A stretch of 64,000 bases of DNA from Daphnia carinata (lineage: Eukaryota): contig NC_081331.1 of the NCBI RefSeq assembly GCF_022539665.2, positions 8,494,001-8,558,000 of the forward strand, in the 5' to 3' direction. A model generated the notes under the pieces. The model was not told the origin of the DNA, searched no databases, and worked only from the letters and a program-made list of their open reading frames with translations. Numbering within the stretch: the first letter of the stretch is position 1; each line of letters starts with the position of its first letter. Shown here piece after piece: positions 12,584 through 25,659 of the stretch. The position numbers were made by a program, and so were the translations under genes.

Positions 12584-14016
12584 TCTATACTCTATAAAAA
12601 AAACAAGGAAATTGGGGAAGAAACAAGGAATTGACGTCAAATCCGCCGTCTGCTATGATGAATTGGTGGAATGGGCATTTGGAAGACTAAACTGCGGGTG
12701 GAATTGCGGAATTAGACAGTTTTCCGGTCTACGGGCTTGGCTTAAAACGGGTGGGCAACGGCACGTAAGCTGACGGGCAGGGCATTTTATTATTATTGTT
12801 CTAATTAATTTTAATTAATTTTATTTTATTTAGTTTATTAGTTTTTTTAAATTATTTTTATTGGCCACTACGGCAGGCGTTTTGGCGGGCAGAGAGGGGG
12901 TCGATGGGCAACAACGGCGAGTTCTTGGCGAACAAAGTGGGTTGACGGGCAACTAAAAGCGGGCTTTTTTACGGGCTGAGCCTGGAACAATAGGACGGAT
13001 AAATGCAATTTTTTGGTATTGGTTTAAAACCGGTGGGCGCTACAATAGGTAAGCCGACGGGCAGAGACTGTACGGTGGAAGACAAGCAACCACAGCGGTT
13101 TTTTTGGTGGGCAAAGGGGGTTGACGGGCAGAGGCTATTCAAGAAAAGATGGGCAGAGGGAAAAAATGGGTGGACGGGCAACTACAGCGGCCGTTTTCCT
13201 GGCTGAGACTGTGAGGGAAAGACGGGCAAAAGCAAATGAAAAGGTGAATGGGCAACTATAGCAGTCGTTTTGGCGGGCAGCGAGTGGGCCAACGGGCAGC
13301 GAGTGAGTCGACGGGCAGAGAAGGGGCCCACGGGCAGCGAGTGGGTCGACGGGCAGAGAAGGGGCCCACGCGAGTGGGCGATTGGAAGAGAGGGGGCCAA
13401 CGGGCAGTGAGGGGGATGATGGGCAGTGAGGGGGCCGACGGGCAGCGAGTGGGTCGACGGGCAGTGAGGGGGCCGACGGGCCGAGAGTGGGTCGACTGGC
13501 CGAGAGTGGGCCGACGGGCAACAACAGCGAATTTCTTGGTGGGCGAAGTGGGTTGACGGGCAGGGACTTTACGAGGAAAGGCGGGCAGAGGCAACAAGTG
13601 GGTGAACGGGCAATTATAGCGGACGTTTGACGGACAGCGACTGGACAAAAGGATGGGCAAATGGAAAAAATGTAGATGCGCCTCTAAAGCAGGCGTTTTG
13701 GCGGGCAGATAGTGGGCTGACGGGCAGAGAGTGGGTTAACGGGCAGAGAATGGGTTGACGGGCAGAGGGTGGTTTGACGGACAGAGAGGGGGTCGACGGG
13801 CTACTTCAGCTGGTATCTTGACGGGCAGAGAAAGTGAGGGGGTGGACGGACAGAATCATTGAGTGGGTTGGCGGGTAAGACAGGGGAACCCTTGATTGCG
13901 AAAAAAATTAAAAGTAGACGGGCGAAAAAATGGAGTGGAATCATTTTCTTTGAAATAGCGTAAGGATACGCTAGCGCCACCTATACCCCGGCCCTGGACG
14001 GGCCCAACGTTACTAG
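12584..14016 (+). mobile_element. Non-autonomous Helitron with internal G-rich minisatellite
   Basis: 5' A|TCTATACTCTATAAAA, 3' hairpin GGCCC-TGGAC-GGGCC followed by CTAG|T, no TSD. The interior is repeated GACGGGCAG(AG)/GTGGG units. Confidence 0.8.
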
Positions 14017-14183
14017 TTATACTAAATAAGTAAAAGTAATCTGGATTACCATCTTTTCTTCAAATTCAATAGTTGGTACCCTGATTAAAACTCTCAAAAG
14101 AAGAAATGAAGAAAGCCAAATCGCTGTTGCAAATGACTGAATTTAAATGTCGCAAGCGAGCCCTCCGTCGTCTTGTTATTGTA

Positions 14184-14902
14184 GGGGAGGGTGGGCGTGG
14201 TTGGAACACAAAACTTATTTTTGTTCCGTACGATTACAAAAATCGTCCAAGTAAAGTAAAAAATATATAGATTTGTAGCCAGTTATCTCAGCTACATAAC
14301 AGTATTTTTTTTGGGTGGGTTCGGCAAAGTTTAATATGTGCTATGAGTAAAAAACCGGAGGTACCCCAAGTTGTTTCAATTGCCAATTCTACTCGGCAAT
14401 TGAAACAGGGCGTCTGGGCAATTGAAACGTGGGTTTTCCATAAGAGAGCTCCCGCGTTTTACGAAAAAACTAAAATGACGATATCTCAGAATCAGGGATA
14501 CTCATTCATTGGAACAAGGTGTTCCAATTGCTCCGACCATGGGTCTTCTCGGAGTTTTAATTTTTATAGGTGATAAAGTTAAGCTAGAAAAAAATTAATG
14601 TGATCAACTTATAGCTTGATGAATGACGAATGATTGGAGACCTTTTTTAATGATTTTCTCCATCGTTTTCAGTGTGAAAACGAAAAAATTGTCTGCAAAA
14701 AAACAACAAATGGACAGTCAAAAAACAATTTTCTGGGATAATTCGAAAACTTTTAAATTCTAAAGCCTCAAATTTTTTCTAAAAATATAGAACCCTAATT
14801 CCCGTTAGTTCAAATTTTTTAAACAAAATCTCTTACCACATACTTTAAGTGGTAGAATTTTTGTTTCAATTGCCGCGTGTTCCAATTGCGCCCACCCTCC
14901 CC
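14184..14902. mobile_element. TA-targeting MITE (Tc1/mariner, pogo/Fot1-like ends)
   Basis: TIR GGGGAGGGTGGGCG and TA duplication. Removing it rejoins Mtr4-like coding sequence (..RRL.YC|TAAGVIELK). Confidence 0.85.
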
Positions 14903-17095
14903 TACTGCAGCTGGCGTTATTGAACTCAAAGATCGTGTAGTTTGTGAACTCTCCAACGACGATGAGTTCTTGCTTACTCATATAATTTTCAATGGCATAT
15001 TAAACGTACTTGACGTACCCAGACGGATGCTTTGCGCTGTTGGTTTGTCTGTGATAAAACCGAATGAAAATGCCCAAACTGTCAGAGGCACTGTCAGGAT
15101 CGCTTAAATAGGTGTAGGATGTAGTCCAAAGAATCGGTAAAGTAAGCTGGAGTTCGAGGAAGCTTCGTTTGGTGAAATGTGTAAAATGACATGACTTTTC
15201 AACGGCATTGGGCTCAGTTTGAAATAGAATAAATGGTACTTTCTAAACCATGGAAAAAATTTTCTATGCAGGAACCATTATTCATTGAATAATGCAATTA
15301 GAAGAATTACTTCGCCAAAGGGCACAAGCATCAAATAATGTGGCAATACCGAATTGCAGATCAAGTTTGACTACATTTGAATAGCATTGTATGTTTTGAA
15401 AACTTGAATATGGTGAGTGTCTCTACCAGTCATTCACGTTGTGTTGACCTAATGGGTTTTACCGCATGAGCGCAACCTGATGCTGTCTTTGGCTTACGCT
15501 GGTAAATTTTGCTTGACCTTCATCTTAAGGCAAAATTTGTAGTGTGTTAAAACTAATGGCGAAATTTTTAAACGACAGGCATGGCGCTAGGTACAGTAAA
15601 CTTGCTGCCATTTTCTGGTATTTTAGCCGCTGCACTCGGCTGAGAAGCTGTGTTTTACGTCCAAGGAGGTCTCGCTATGATCTGGTGCGCTCTATGGCTG
15701 ACATTTGTCTTCGATTCAACTGAAGATTATCCGCGTTTCCATCCGGTGGAATGAGAGATTTTTTAAACGTCCATGCAATACGATGACCCCGGAAGTTATG
15801 AAGTATCGAAGAAAGCGGCACAAATAAAAAATACCAACATCACAGAAGGGTCCGTTGTAGTCATAACTCTCGTCATGGCAGGCAAACTGAATACGTGGAA
15901 AAGAAAAATAGCCATCAGGGACATCTGTGACTTCCAGCGACTGGCTGAAGTCCAATGCGGAGACTGTCTAATCAGAAATAAATAAAACTATATGTGGCCT
16001 AGTACTTAGAAGTATCAGCGTATATTTCTGTCGGGCGTAATGGCGACTTGTATTCAGAAGTTGCTGAAATCGGTCTAGGATATTAAGTATATTATAAGGC
16101 GTGTTCCGGATCATCGTCGTGGACGCACGAAAACGCGACCACTAGACGGAGACAACATATATCTATGTACACTACAGTACAGTACCCGCCCTTATTATTA
16201 GAACACGAAGGGTTTTTGGGGCTTTTTAACATGGTGTCTTATGGCGGTAGTGTCCCTTGCGCTAACGTATAAAAAGCCACTAAACATGACGACAAAAAAA
16301 TAAAATTTTGCCCTGATGTTAATTAAATAATGGGCTACCCAGCACAATTTTTTAAATTTTTTATCTATAAGACTTTTTGACTTGCATGCCAGTCATGTAT
16401 TATCCGAATACTGCGTTGTGCTTATAGGATGCCTAATGACACTATCTCATTTTTTCGAAATTTTTTTAAAATATAAGGAAATGTTTTCTAGACGCCGCAA
16501 TTACATTAATCGATAGCATATTCGTTAGACTATATCCCATTTTAGTAGTGTAACTTAATATTAACTATTTTAGGAACGGGAATTTTTTAAAGTGAAGACG
16601 GTACTAAGTTTTTCCTGTCAAAAATAGTTTATCTTCTTCCCACTTGAGGCGCTGAACTCACAACGCTTTTTTCATACAGCTAACACAGTTTGTTTTAAAA
16701 GCTGTCGGATATTTTCCAAATATCCTCCACTTTCCCCAAGGGCTTTTCATCCCCCATCTTCATCTTAACCCCACTAAGCATCCTCGCGTCTACCCCTTCT
16801 TTTTCCACCCCAAAACTACGCGACTTTTCCCATCTCTTTTGTTTTTCTAACCCTTCGGGTCCTCATGTGACCACCAAGACAGTCTCACTGTAACTCTCTC
16901 TCTTTTAAGTGGTGCATCAGCACAACTCTTTAATGGCGATTTTCCGCCAAAATACACAACGTAGGAAGTGAACACAATACCTCTCATCTAATTCGAAAAC
17001 TAATTGTCAATCTTTCACCAATCCCATTTTCTCGGGATTGTCGTGAAAGATTCTCGACAAATTTGGTGCCGTAACCAGGATTCGCCAAGTGAACC

Positions 17096-18508
17096 ATGGC
17101 GTCTCTTAACGCTCTCGTAAGTAGAAGGGCGGGCAATCGCGGTGCCGTCACGAGACTCATCCCTAAGATTCAAGCGATCATCGACGACCAGACCATGGAC
17201 AAAGATCAAAAGGTTCATGAACTTGAGAAGAAACTGGTGGACTTACACAACAAAATAAAAATCGCCGAAAACCTCGACAACGAAATTCAAGAAGTCATCG
17301 ACGAGAACGATCTAGAAGCTGAAATTAATTCATCGAGTACGGCGAATTCTATTATCTTTGATGCCAGAGGTGCAGCGGAATTCGTCCTCATTAAGCTGAA
17401 GCAAGAAATTAGCAACGAGCAAGCAGCCATGGCCGCAGCAACAGTCGTGAACCCCGTAGCGCAGACGCCTCCCCTAATAGCGATTAGCGATTCGTCCAAT
17501 TTGCCGAAGTTTGACTTGCCTTGCTTCGATGGCAACATTCTATTATGGCGCTCGTTTTGGGATGTTTTTGAAGTAGAAGTGGATGCAAAGACCATATATT
17601 CTGACGCGACGAAATTTAATTTTCTCAATTCGCGCCTCATGGGCGAAGCTAAGGCTCTGTTAGCGGGTCTCACGCCTACCGATTTCAATTATCCAAAGGC
17701 GGTCGATCTTCTTAAACAACGTTATGGTCAACCACACAAGATCATAATGGCGCACATGAGGACTTTGGTGGCTTTATCTAAACCAACTCACGATCGCAAT
17801 AGCTTACGTGCCGTTGCCGACAATCTGGAGTCCAACATCCGTGGCTTGGAAGCGTTGGGAAAAGGAATCGACACTTGCGGGGATCTGCTCGTATGCATTC
17901 TTCTCGACGAACTCTCAGCTGAAGTGCGTCGAAACTTAACTAGACAGCACGATGCCATCGAATGGACATTAGACGATCTGCGTGTAGCATTAAGAAAAGA
18001 AATCGAAATTTTGGAAGATAGCACTGAAACGCCGTTCAACAACAAACGCCATCATCAACCAGGTAAACAAGCGGGAGTAATTTTTGCTGGGACTCGTCGA
18101 TCAACACCAGAATTCAACAAGCGTTCATGTGCGTTTTGCTTTGGAAGCCATTATTCCACTGAATGCACTACTGCTCCGACTGTGGAAGAACGGTTCGCGA
18201 TTGCTAAAGTAAAGCGGTTATGTTTTAACTGTCTAAGCTCAAATCACTCCTCAAGTGTAGATTGTCCATCAACAAAGCGGTGTCGCATATGCAAGAGAAG
18301 CCATCATACCAGTCTCCATTACGCCAGTCGAAACCAACAAGACCCTAACACTCCGGTCCAATTCAAGTCAAAATCAAACAGTGACTCCATTCAGACTGCT
18401 GTCACCAATACGTCTGTTTCAAAAGCAGTTTCATTTGAAAGTGCAAATGACAGTGCAACATCAACCTTTGTGTTTTTAGAAACTGCCATAGTTACGGTGC
18501 ACTCCAAA
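17096..18508 (+). pseudogene. BEL-1 gag (DUF1759-like core plus three Cys/His knuckles), interrupted just before the protease
   Basis: LPKFDLPCFDGNILLWRSFWDVF; CAFCFGSHYSTEC, CFNCLSSNHSSSVDC, CRICKRSHH. Confidence 0.92.
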
Positions 18509-18604
18509 CCCAGACAACACGCCTGGTTTTTTTCTGGGATAAAAACCGTCTTTTTGATAACTTAATAGAGGACCGGAAAAAGACATCTTTAATGTGGCCC
18601 AAAC

Positions 18605-19197
18605 CAGAGATAAGGGAGATGGGACACTGAACGGGAAAGCCACCATGACAGATTTCGGGATGCCATCTAACGAACAATTCCCTCCCTATCTCATTAGCAG
18701 ACGAATTCCCTACAAGCAAGCATTGTTACAGGCGGCTGATTTGAAATGGTCACGGAGAGTTAGACAATACGCCAGTTAATAACACAAAAAAGAAAGTTTC
18801 ATTACTAAAAGTAAATTGTAACTACTATTGTAACAACTTGTAACTGAGGCTGGGTATTTTGCAGGATAAAATTTGATAATTAGCTAACAAGTTCCCTGGA
18901 AACAATTCAATAGAAACTGAAATGGAAAGTATTTGTAAGCCAAAAATTCCAGAAAATCGACCCCTTTTGATTCTTCGAGTTTTCAATGCCCTTCGAGTCA
19001 CAGAACTTTCGTTGTGTGTTTTTATCTGGCGAAATGTCCGACTTTCCTTTCCCATATTCAAATTAGCCGCCTGTCACATTGGTTCCTTGCAGGGAATTCG
19101 TCTGCTAATGATGAAGGGAGGGAATTAGCCGCTAGATGCTGCCCCAAAAAGTGTCATGGCGGCTTTAACACGGTAGTGTCCCATCTCCTTATCTCTG
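18605..19197. mobile_element. MITE with ~185-bp imperfect TIRs nested in the EnSpm left end
   Basis: TIR CAGAGATAAGG(G)AGATGGGACACT, 8-bp TSD GCCCAAAC (18597-18604, 19198-19205). Confidence 0.88.
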
Positions 19198-19621
19198 GCC
19201 CAAACTGGGTTTTCTTTCCCAAAACGTGCGGTCCGAAACGCAAGAAAAAAAACGGTTTATGTTGGGCCCAAACTAGACATATTTGACGATCTTGCGCGGT
19301 TTTAAATGCTGTGAAAAAGACGGCTTTTATTGGGCCGAAACGAGTCTTTTTAACAAAAATTCACATGGTCTGAAACTCGTCTTTAAATGGTTTTCCCTTC
19401 CTTTTTTCAAGCTCGAATAACTCGACTCCACTTTATGAAAAAATAGTTTACTAATATACACTGTAATAGTCGAAACCAATAAATGTTACTTTGTTACCAA
19501 TATTCTGACAGTCATTGCACCGCGGTTGATGGGTTAGTGGTATTTTTTGCGTTAGTGTTAGTGGTATTTTGTTAGCGTTAGTGTAGAAACATTTTGTTTT
19601 AGTGCTTTCAAGTGAAGTGAA

Positions 19622-21723
19622 ATGGCGTCTAATAGTGAAAGTGTCATCGGCCCTAGGCAAAAAAGAAGAAGAGTGCAAGGCGCTATTCATAATATAGCGT
19701 TAGCTATGTCATCGCATTCTGAAACAAGTGAATTTGCGACATCCGAAAAAGAAATACGTATGAATCGGGACACAAATTTAGCAGTGCATCCGTGTGTTAG
19801 TGAAACTCATAATTATTCAGTATCCGAAGACATCGAACCCCAAACAGAAAGTGTACAGGTAATACAAAATGGTTACGAAAGTGAAGCGATGCCGCTTGAC
19901 AGTTCCTGTGATGAGTACGAAATGTCAAGGGACGATAATTCTACGCGTGACGAACATGAATTGTTTTCTGGGGTAACGTTTGACAGCGAGTGCGCGACCG
20001 ATGCAGCGACTCTACATAACTTTATGGAAAAGCTCGCATCTTGGGCAGTGAGGTTTCGTGTTAAGCAAAATGCAATTGATAACCTTTTGACGGAAGTGCT
20101 ACCTGCCATTACTGCGTATGAGGAACTGAAGCTACCAAAAACATGTAGAACTCTTCTTAAAACTAAAAAAAATACGGTTCGCGTTCAAAAATAATGCTGA
20201 AAGAGTTCCGCTTTATTGTGAATGTAGACGGGCTTCCGGTGTCCAAGTCTTCCGGCAGCCAAGTTTGGCCCATTCAGTGTAGATTTTTTGATAGTGAAAT
20301 GAACAACTGGCCTCCTTTCGTACTTGGAGTTTATCATGGTAACAATAAGCCAAAAAACGCAAACGATTACCTTGAAGATTTTGTGAATGAAGTCAATGAA
20401 CTTCAGCGTACCGGCTTTCTTCATAATGGCGAAATAAAAAAAATTTTGGTTTTTGGATTCTCCTGCGATGTCCCAGCAAATGCCCTCATCAAATGTGTTA
20501 AAATTCATACAGCCTATGAAAGTTGCCCAAAATGTGAAGTGTACGGAAAGTGGGCGGGACGCTTCGTACTATTAGAAACATCGGCCCCGCTTCGAACACA
20601 TGAAAATTTCCTAAAAAAAGACTCAAGATGGACACCATAATGGGACGTCTATCCTAGAAAATTTAGGCATCAACATGATCACCTCGTTCGCCGTTGATTA
20701 TATGCACTGTGTGTGCCTTGGCGTTGTGCGAAAACTTTTGTGGGTTTGGATTCGTGGGCCTCTTTGTACTAGGATTGGCCGTCAAAACATAGATCGAATA
20801 TCAGCCCTATTGGTATAGATTGCAAATTTTATTCCTTGTGATTTCGCGAGAAAGCCAAGATCCTTAAACGAATTACCTCGACGGAAAGCAACCGAGCTGC
20901 GTCAATTTCTGTTGTACACTGGGCCAGCCGCACTAAAAGACATTTTTAAAGGGAAGCTTCTTAAAGGATTCTATGATAAATTTATGTTACTTCACACTGG
21001 GGTAAAAATCCTGTCTTTGCCGCATTTGTGTCAGGACCACCGTTGAACAACTACGCCAAGGAATTGTTAATTGTGTTCGTTAAGCAGTGCAAAATTATTT
21101 ACGGCGAGTGGTTTCTTTAATACAACGTACATTGCCTCATTCACTTGGCTGATGACGTTCTAAAGTTTGGGCATTTGGACAATTTCAGCTCATTTCCATT
21201 CGAAAATAACATGAAAACAATAAAAGGCATGATTCGAAAAAATGAACAAGTTTTATCTCAGATCGTCCGACGCATCTCCGAAGAAGAAGCAAACGTCATT
21301 TCTTCCAGTGAAACAAAAAAAGGAAAAACTGTTTTAAAAAACAAACACTCAAATGGACCAGTTTTGAGTGCAGGATCTGGAAGACAATTTAAGGTTATGT
21401 ATTACAATTCAATGATTTTCAAATGCGATGATGTTGACTGCTATGCTATTCCTGAAGACGAAACGATTATAAAAATTTAGAATATCATTGAATGCAACAA
21501 TGATATTACAATCATTGGACAAAAATTTGACAATCGAAGAAAAAATGACTTATTTTCGAATCCACTGCAATCTTCAAAGCTTGGAATTTACTCAGTTCCA
21601 AATTCAACTTTATCCTGCCAAAATGCCTGGCCTATATCAACAATTAAATGGAAAGCGGTTTGCTTTCCATATTCAACAAAAAAAGAAAAAGCAATATTCC
21701 CGCTAATGCGCGCAGAAAACTAA
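19622..21723 (+). pseudogene. EnSpm-type DDE transposase, disrupted
   Basis: LPKTCRTLLKT, NVDGLP..WPI, CDVPA..CPKC, DYMHCVCLGV, KATELRQFLLYTGP, YNVHCLIHLADDV and FSSFPFEN, with stops and frameshifts. Confidence 0.88.
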
Positions 21724-22095
21724 TTATTGTAATCTGGCAAGTGTCAAGAAAAATAAGAAGAAAAGTGGTTAAGAAATATTCACAAAATATATCAGAAAAA
21801 AATGTAAATAGTTCATGATCTCAAAGTTAACTTTTGTCCTATACTTTTGCATTGTTCCCAGTATCAGTTGATAAAGATTGTTTACCCATCATATTCGTCA
21901 TCAAATGTGCTAATCATACTGAAGCAATTTTGGTAAAATAACTTAATATCGGGTAATTTTTTCCATTTACATTAATTCCTTTTTATGACAGGCACACTGA
22001 GTTTGGGGTAATAATCTTCCTTGTTTAACAAATATTCAAAAGAGACTTAAATTGGTTCAATTACCCGGTTCCATAAACCGTAAAAATCCTTAAAC

Positions 22096-25000
22096 CAGAG
22101 TCATAGAAACCTGGTTCCTGCTCGCTGTATGGTAAATGCTATAAGGGTTTGCTGGGACTCGTGGTTGAAATTTCAGCGATTTTGTGGGCGGAGCTGGCAG
22201 CGATAAAGAGCCATCTGTTGAGCAGATTTAGAGATATCCCGATAATAATGGCGTGCACCATTTAGAAACATGTGAGAATGGCTGCAACGGGGAATCGTTG
22301 TCACGTAAGTGGTTGTCGTGAAATTAATTCAAAAGGAAATACGAAGGAAAATGGAATAACTTTCTTCAAAGTTCCAAAGTCGTCGTCGACCATGTGGCAA
22401 TGCGTAATGCCAACAAGTCGATTGACAGAAACGTCTCGAGTATGCAGTCGTCATTTTGATGCCAACGACGTAGTAAAAGGAGTCAATATATTAAATGTAT
22501 TCCATCCCTATGAAAATTGGAGACTTAGAGATGATGCAGTTCCAAAATATTTTTTTATTCAAGGTAAGCTAGCTCTACATTTCATAATGTTAAAAGATTT
22601 TCTAACTTATTTTGTTGTATTAGATGTAACGAGTAGACCACCACTACAAAACATCCTGCAAGAAACGTGTAAGAATCTGAGGAAAGGTATGTGTTCTTTT
22701 TATGTTGTTATCAAATGTGAAGATTGTGTAATAATATTATGGAAAACCACAATTTTTATTTCCAGTGCTACATTGTGAACCAAATGGGGGTACATTGAAA
22801 CGCAAAGGTGCACAAGTAGGTGGAACCAACAAGGGGAAAACAAAAACCAGTAAACTACAGGATAACCAGCAAGCAAAAGGTGCCATTAATCCTCAACGTG
22901 ATAAACTGAGGAAGACAATGAGATATGAACATGCTTTCCTTCTTCAATGCGTCATATTAAAAATGAAGAGCAATAAGGCCTACGTCTACATCAGGGAAAA
23001 TGGGTTGCTACCGCTTCCCCATCCGTCAACCATTAGACGGTTGTTGAGCTCTTCAGAATGCCAATTTGGGTGGAACTCTCTAGCGTTAGAGTACATCTTC
23101 GATACGTTAATAGGCAAAGAGGAGCACGAACGATGGGTCGTTCTTATGTGGGATGAAATTGCCATTACAAAGGACGTTAGATTTGATACTAGGACTCTGA
23201 AATGGAAGGGAATTGCTGACTATGCGGGTGAATGCACCATCATGGTTCCAAATGGCATAGCTGATCACGTATTAATTTTTGTTGTTCGACCGCTACTTGG
23301 TTCGTGGATTCAGCCATTCGCATGGTTCGGCACTAAGGGCGCTGCTGCAGCAATGGTTCTGATTGAGCTGATAACAAAAGGAATTTCTTGTCTTTATGAC
23401 CGAGCCGGTGCAATTACCATAGCTACTGTTTGTGACGGTGTATCCACCAACAAATCAGTTATGGCTAATTTTGGTATTTCTGGTGATAAAAACGGTAATA
23501 ATTCCATAAGTTATCCAATGAATGAGAAAATCTTAATTCACTGGTTAACCGATGTGCCACATCTTCTTAAATGTACACGTAATGATATGGAGAAACATAG
23601 AATTGTTCAGGTAATTGAAAATTTCTTTATACCTGTCGAGCATGTATTAACGTTTTATTTGATTGCAGTTTCAAGGATTAGAAGTTAACTATAAATCTTA
23701 TGAAGATTTGCTCAACGTTCAGAGAGGACAACTTATGGTGTGTTGTCGGCTTACAAATGATATGCTACATCCAAATAATTTTCAAAAAATGAATGTTCGA
23801 TTGGCAGCGCGATTGTTTTCAAACACCAATGCACTAGGATTTTATTTATATCGCAATCTGACTGCCAAATCACCCAAGGAGGAGAAAATCACGGCACTGT
23901 TTGCAGGTATCCGATCCATTCAAGAACCTATAAAAGGATCAATTTCGAACCTATTTTTTCAGATTCAAATACCATCGAAAGGTTAACAAAACTGCTGAAT
24001 GATACCTTTGATGTCCTGAATGGACGCTTTTGCAAAGAGGGCATTACAATAGCAAATTGGGCTAAGAAGAAAAACATTCTTGACAATATGCTAGCAGTTC
24101 TAGACCACACCATAAGGGTTTATTTAAGGGATAAAAGTAAAGAAATGTTTTGTTCCTATACGACACTTCGCGGATGGAGGACTACAATTCAAAGTGTCAT
24201 TGCCCTCACCGAAAAATTGTTTAACGCTAATTATAGTGTAGTCCTAACTGGTAAACTAAACCAGGATCCTGTGGAGGTAATTACCATAAATCTTAAGTCT
24301 TAACTGTCTTATGATGGTAATTTCCTTCATCGCTTTTTAGAGGTTATTTGGAATAGTTCGATCCGTGGACTCCCATCCTACAGTGACTTCGTTTCAACAC
24401 ATAATCCGTTATATATCACTCGAAGCCTGACTATCGTCGGTAGTGAAGAGTGCAAACGTCAACAATTGTGAAGAAATGAACATCTTAGTAAAGATGAGTA
24501 AGTGCATTCAAAGGACTGCTAAAGAATGCGACGTGCAAGCCGCTGACCTAAAGGCTGTTTTGGAAGACGAACTGCTAAAGGAACTTACAGTTCGGTACGT
24601 TGATAGCGTGAAGGAACCAGTCGGAAAAGACTGCGATAAAGAATCCGTCTTATATTATTTATGTGGCTACCTCATCCATGCACGTCCAGCCGTCACCAAT
24701 TGCATGGACTGTAAAAAAACAGTTCAATGCGATCAACTAGATTTACCTGCCGATTTCTCAGCAGACCATTATATGGCCATTCGTAATCGCGGAAGTTTGG
24801 TTTTTGTAACTGTGCGTTTTTTCCAAACCTTTCGAGTTATCTAAAACATTATAGAACAGCATTTTCAACCACTTGGGCAACTATATGTGGAAGATTCCTT
24901 TCAAATATGTATTTCCAAAATTGCCAAAGCGAACCTCCTCCAATTTTTTTCTGCGATGTTCATCGTGATTTACGTCTCCCTTATCTAATAAGAGAGTTTG

Positions 25001-25412
25001 TTTGTCTACGATACCATTTGGAGTCTAAACGCTTAAAAAATGTTATGCTACAAGTTGCTTCTGCGAAAGTTAAAAGTCATGGAAAACTCTCGAAACATGT
25101 ATAATATTGTTATATTTGGTTGGTTTAAAAGTTGTTTGAAATGTACTTGCCGTAAAACCCTGTTTAATTAAATAAATAAAGAATAGGTACGTGACGAACA
25201 GCTTGTGCGATTAAAATTTCCCTCATTTTGCGGGTCTCCAATGATTGGCTGTCGAAATTTTGACAGAAATTATCTCATTGGTTGTTTTCATGTAGTACTC
25301 CACAACAGCCGCTAGGAGCGCTTTTTACCTGCCAGAATTTCAACCACGAGTCCAAGCAAACCCGTACAGCATTTACCATACAGCGAGCAGGAACCAGGTT
25401 TCTATGACTCTG
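22096..25412 (+). mobile_element. P-superfamily (THAP) DNA transposon nested in the EnSpm element
   Basis: ~77-bp TIRs starting CAGAGTCATAGAAACCTGGTTCC, 7-bp TSD CTTAAAC (22089-22095, 25413-25419). Confidence 0.93.
22278..25104 (+). pseudogene. Intron-containing THAP-domain P-element transposase (THAP9-like) with late in-frame stops
   Basis: THAP C2CH (CHVSGC..VCSRHF..AVP), LPHPSTIRR, LMWDE, CDG, DVPHLLKC, FQKMNVRLA, LNQDPVE, YYLCGY; stops near 24428 and 24842. Confidence 0.9.
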
Positions 25413-25659
25413 CTTAAACCAACGTTGCCCGCGAGAAAGGAGTATATTTTTACAATTCTGGCAACAGGCGAAAATTATATTTAAAAAACAGACGAATAGG
25501 AAGAAATACCACGCCGTAGTGTTGTGAGTCTTTTTCAAAATTGTTTTCCATTGTGGCAATTTAATGTGGTTTTATATGCAGGTGTTTGTGTTTCATAGTG
25601 AAGCTTTTCACCCTCATTTGCGTTGCATATCACGAAACATTAGTATACACTGCGACGAT

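Larger units (their letters stand above)
10838..15370 (+). pseudogene. MTREX: Intron-containing, 5'-truncated Mtr4/SKIV2L2 (MTREX) RNA helicase pseudogene fragment
   Basis: Degenerate exons DEKGIVILM..LVKGQAD..LTYNMVLNLLHVEE, EVHRRFPNDVPLLDPVEDMHIKD, KAKSLLQMTEFKCRKRALRRL, VIELKDRVVCELS..DEFLLT and LEELLRQ resemble the C-terminal half of Mtr4. It has stops and frameshifts and is interrupted by two transposons. Confidence 0.85.

Noticed and set aside
12969..13660. Several overlapping 70-134 aa Pro/Arg/Gly-rich ORFs
   Set aside because: They are artefacts of the stop-poor GC-rich minisatellite inside the Helitron.
15690..16110. Possible coding relic and Harbinger-like end (TAA-GGCGTGTTCC)
   Set aside because: No correctly oriented partner TIR was found and no protein family is recognisable.
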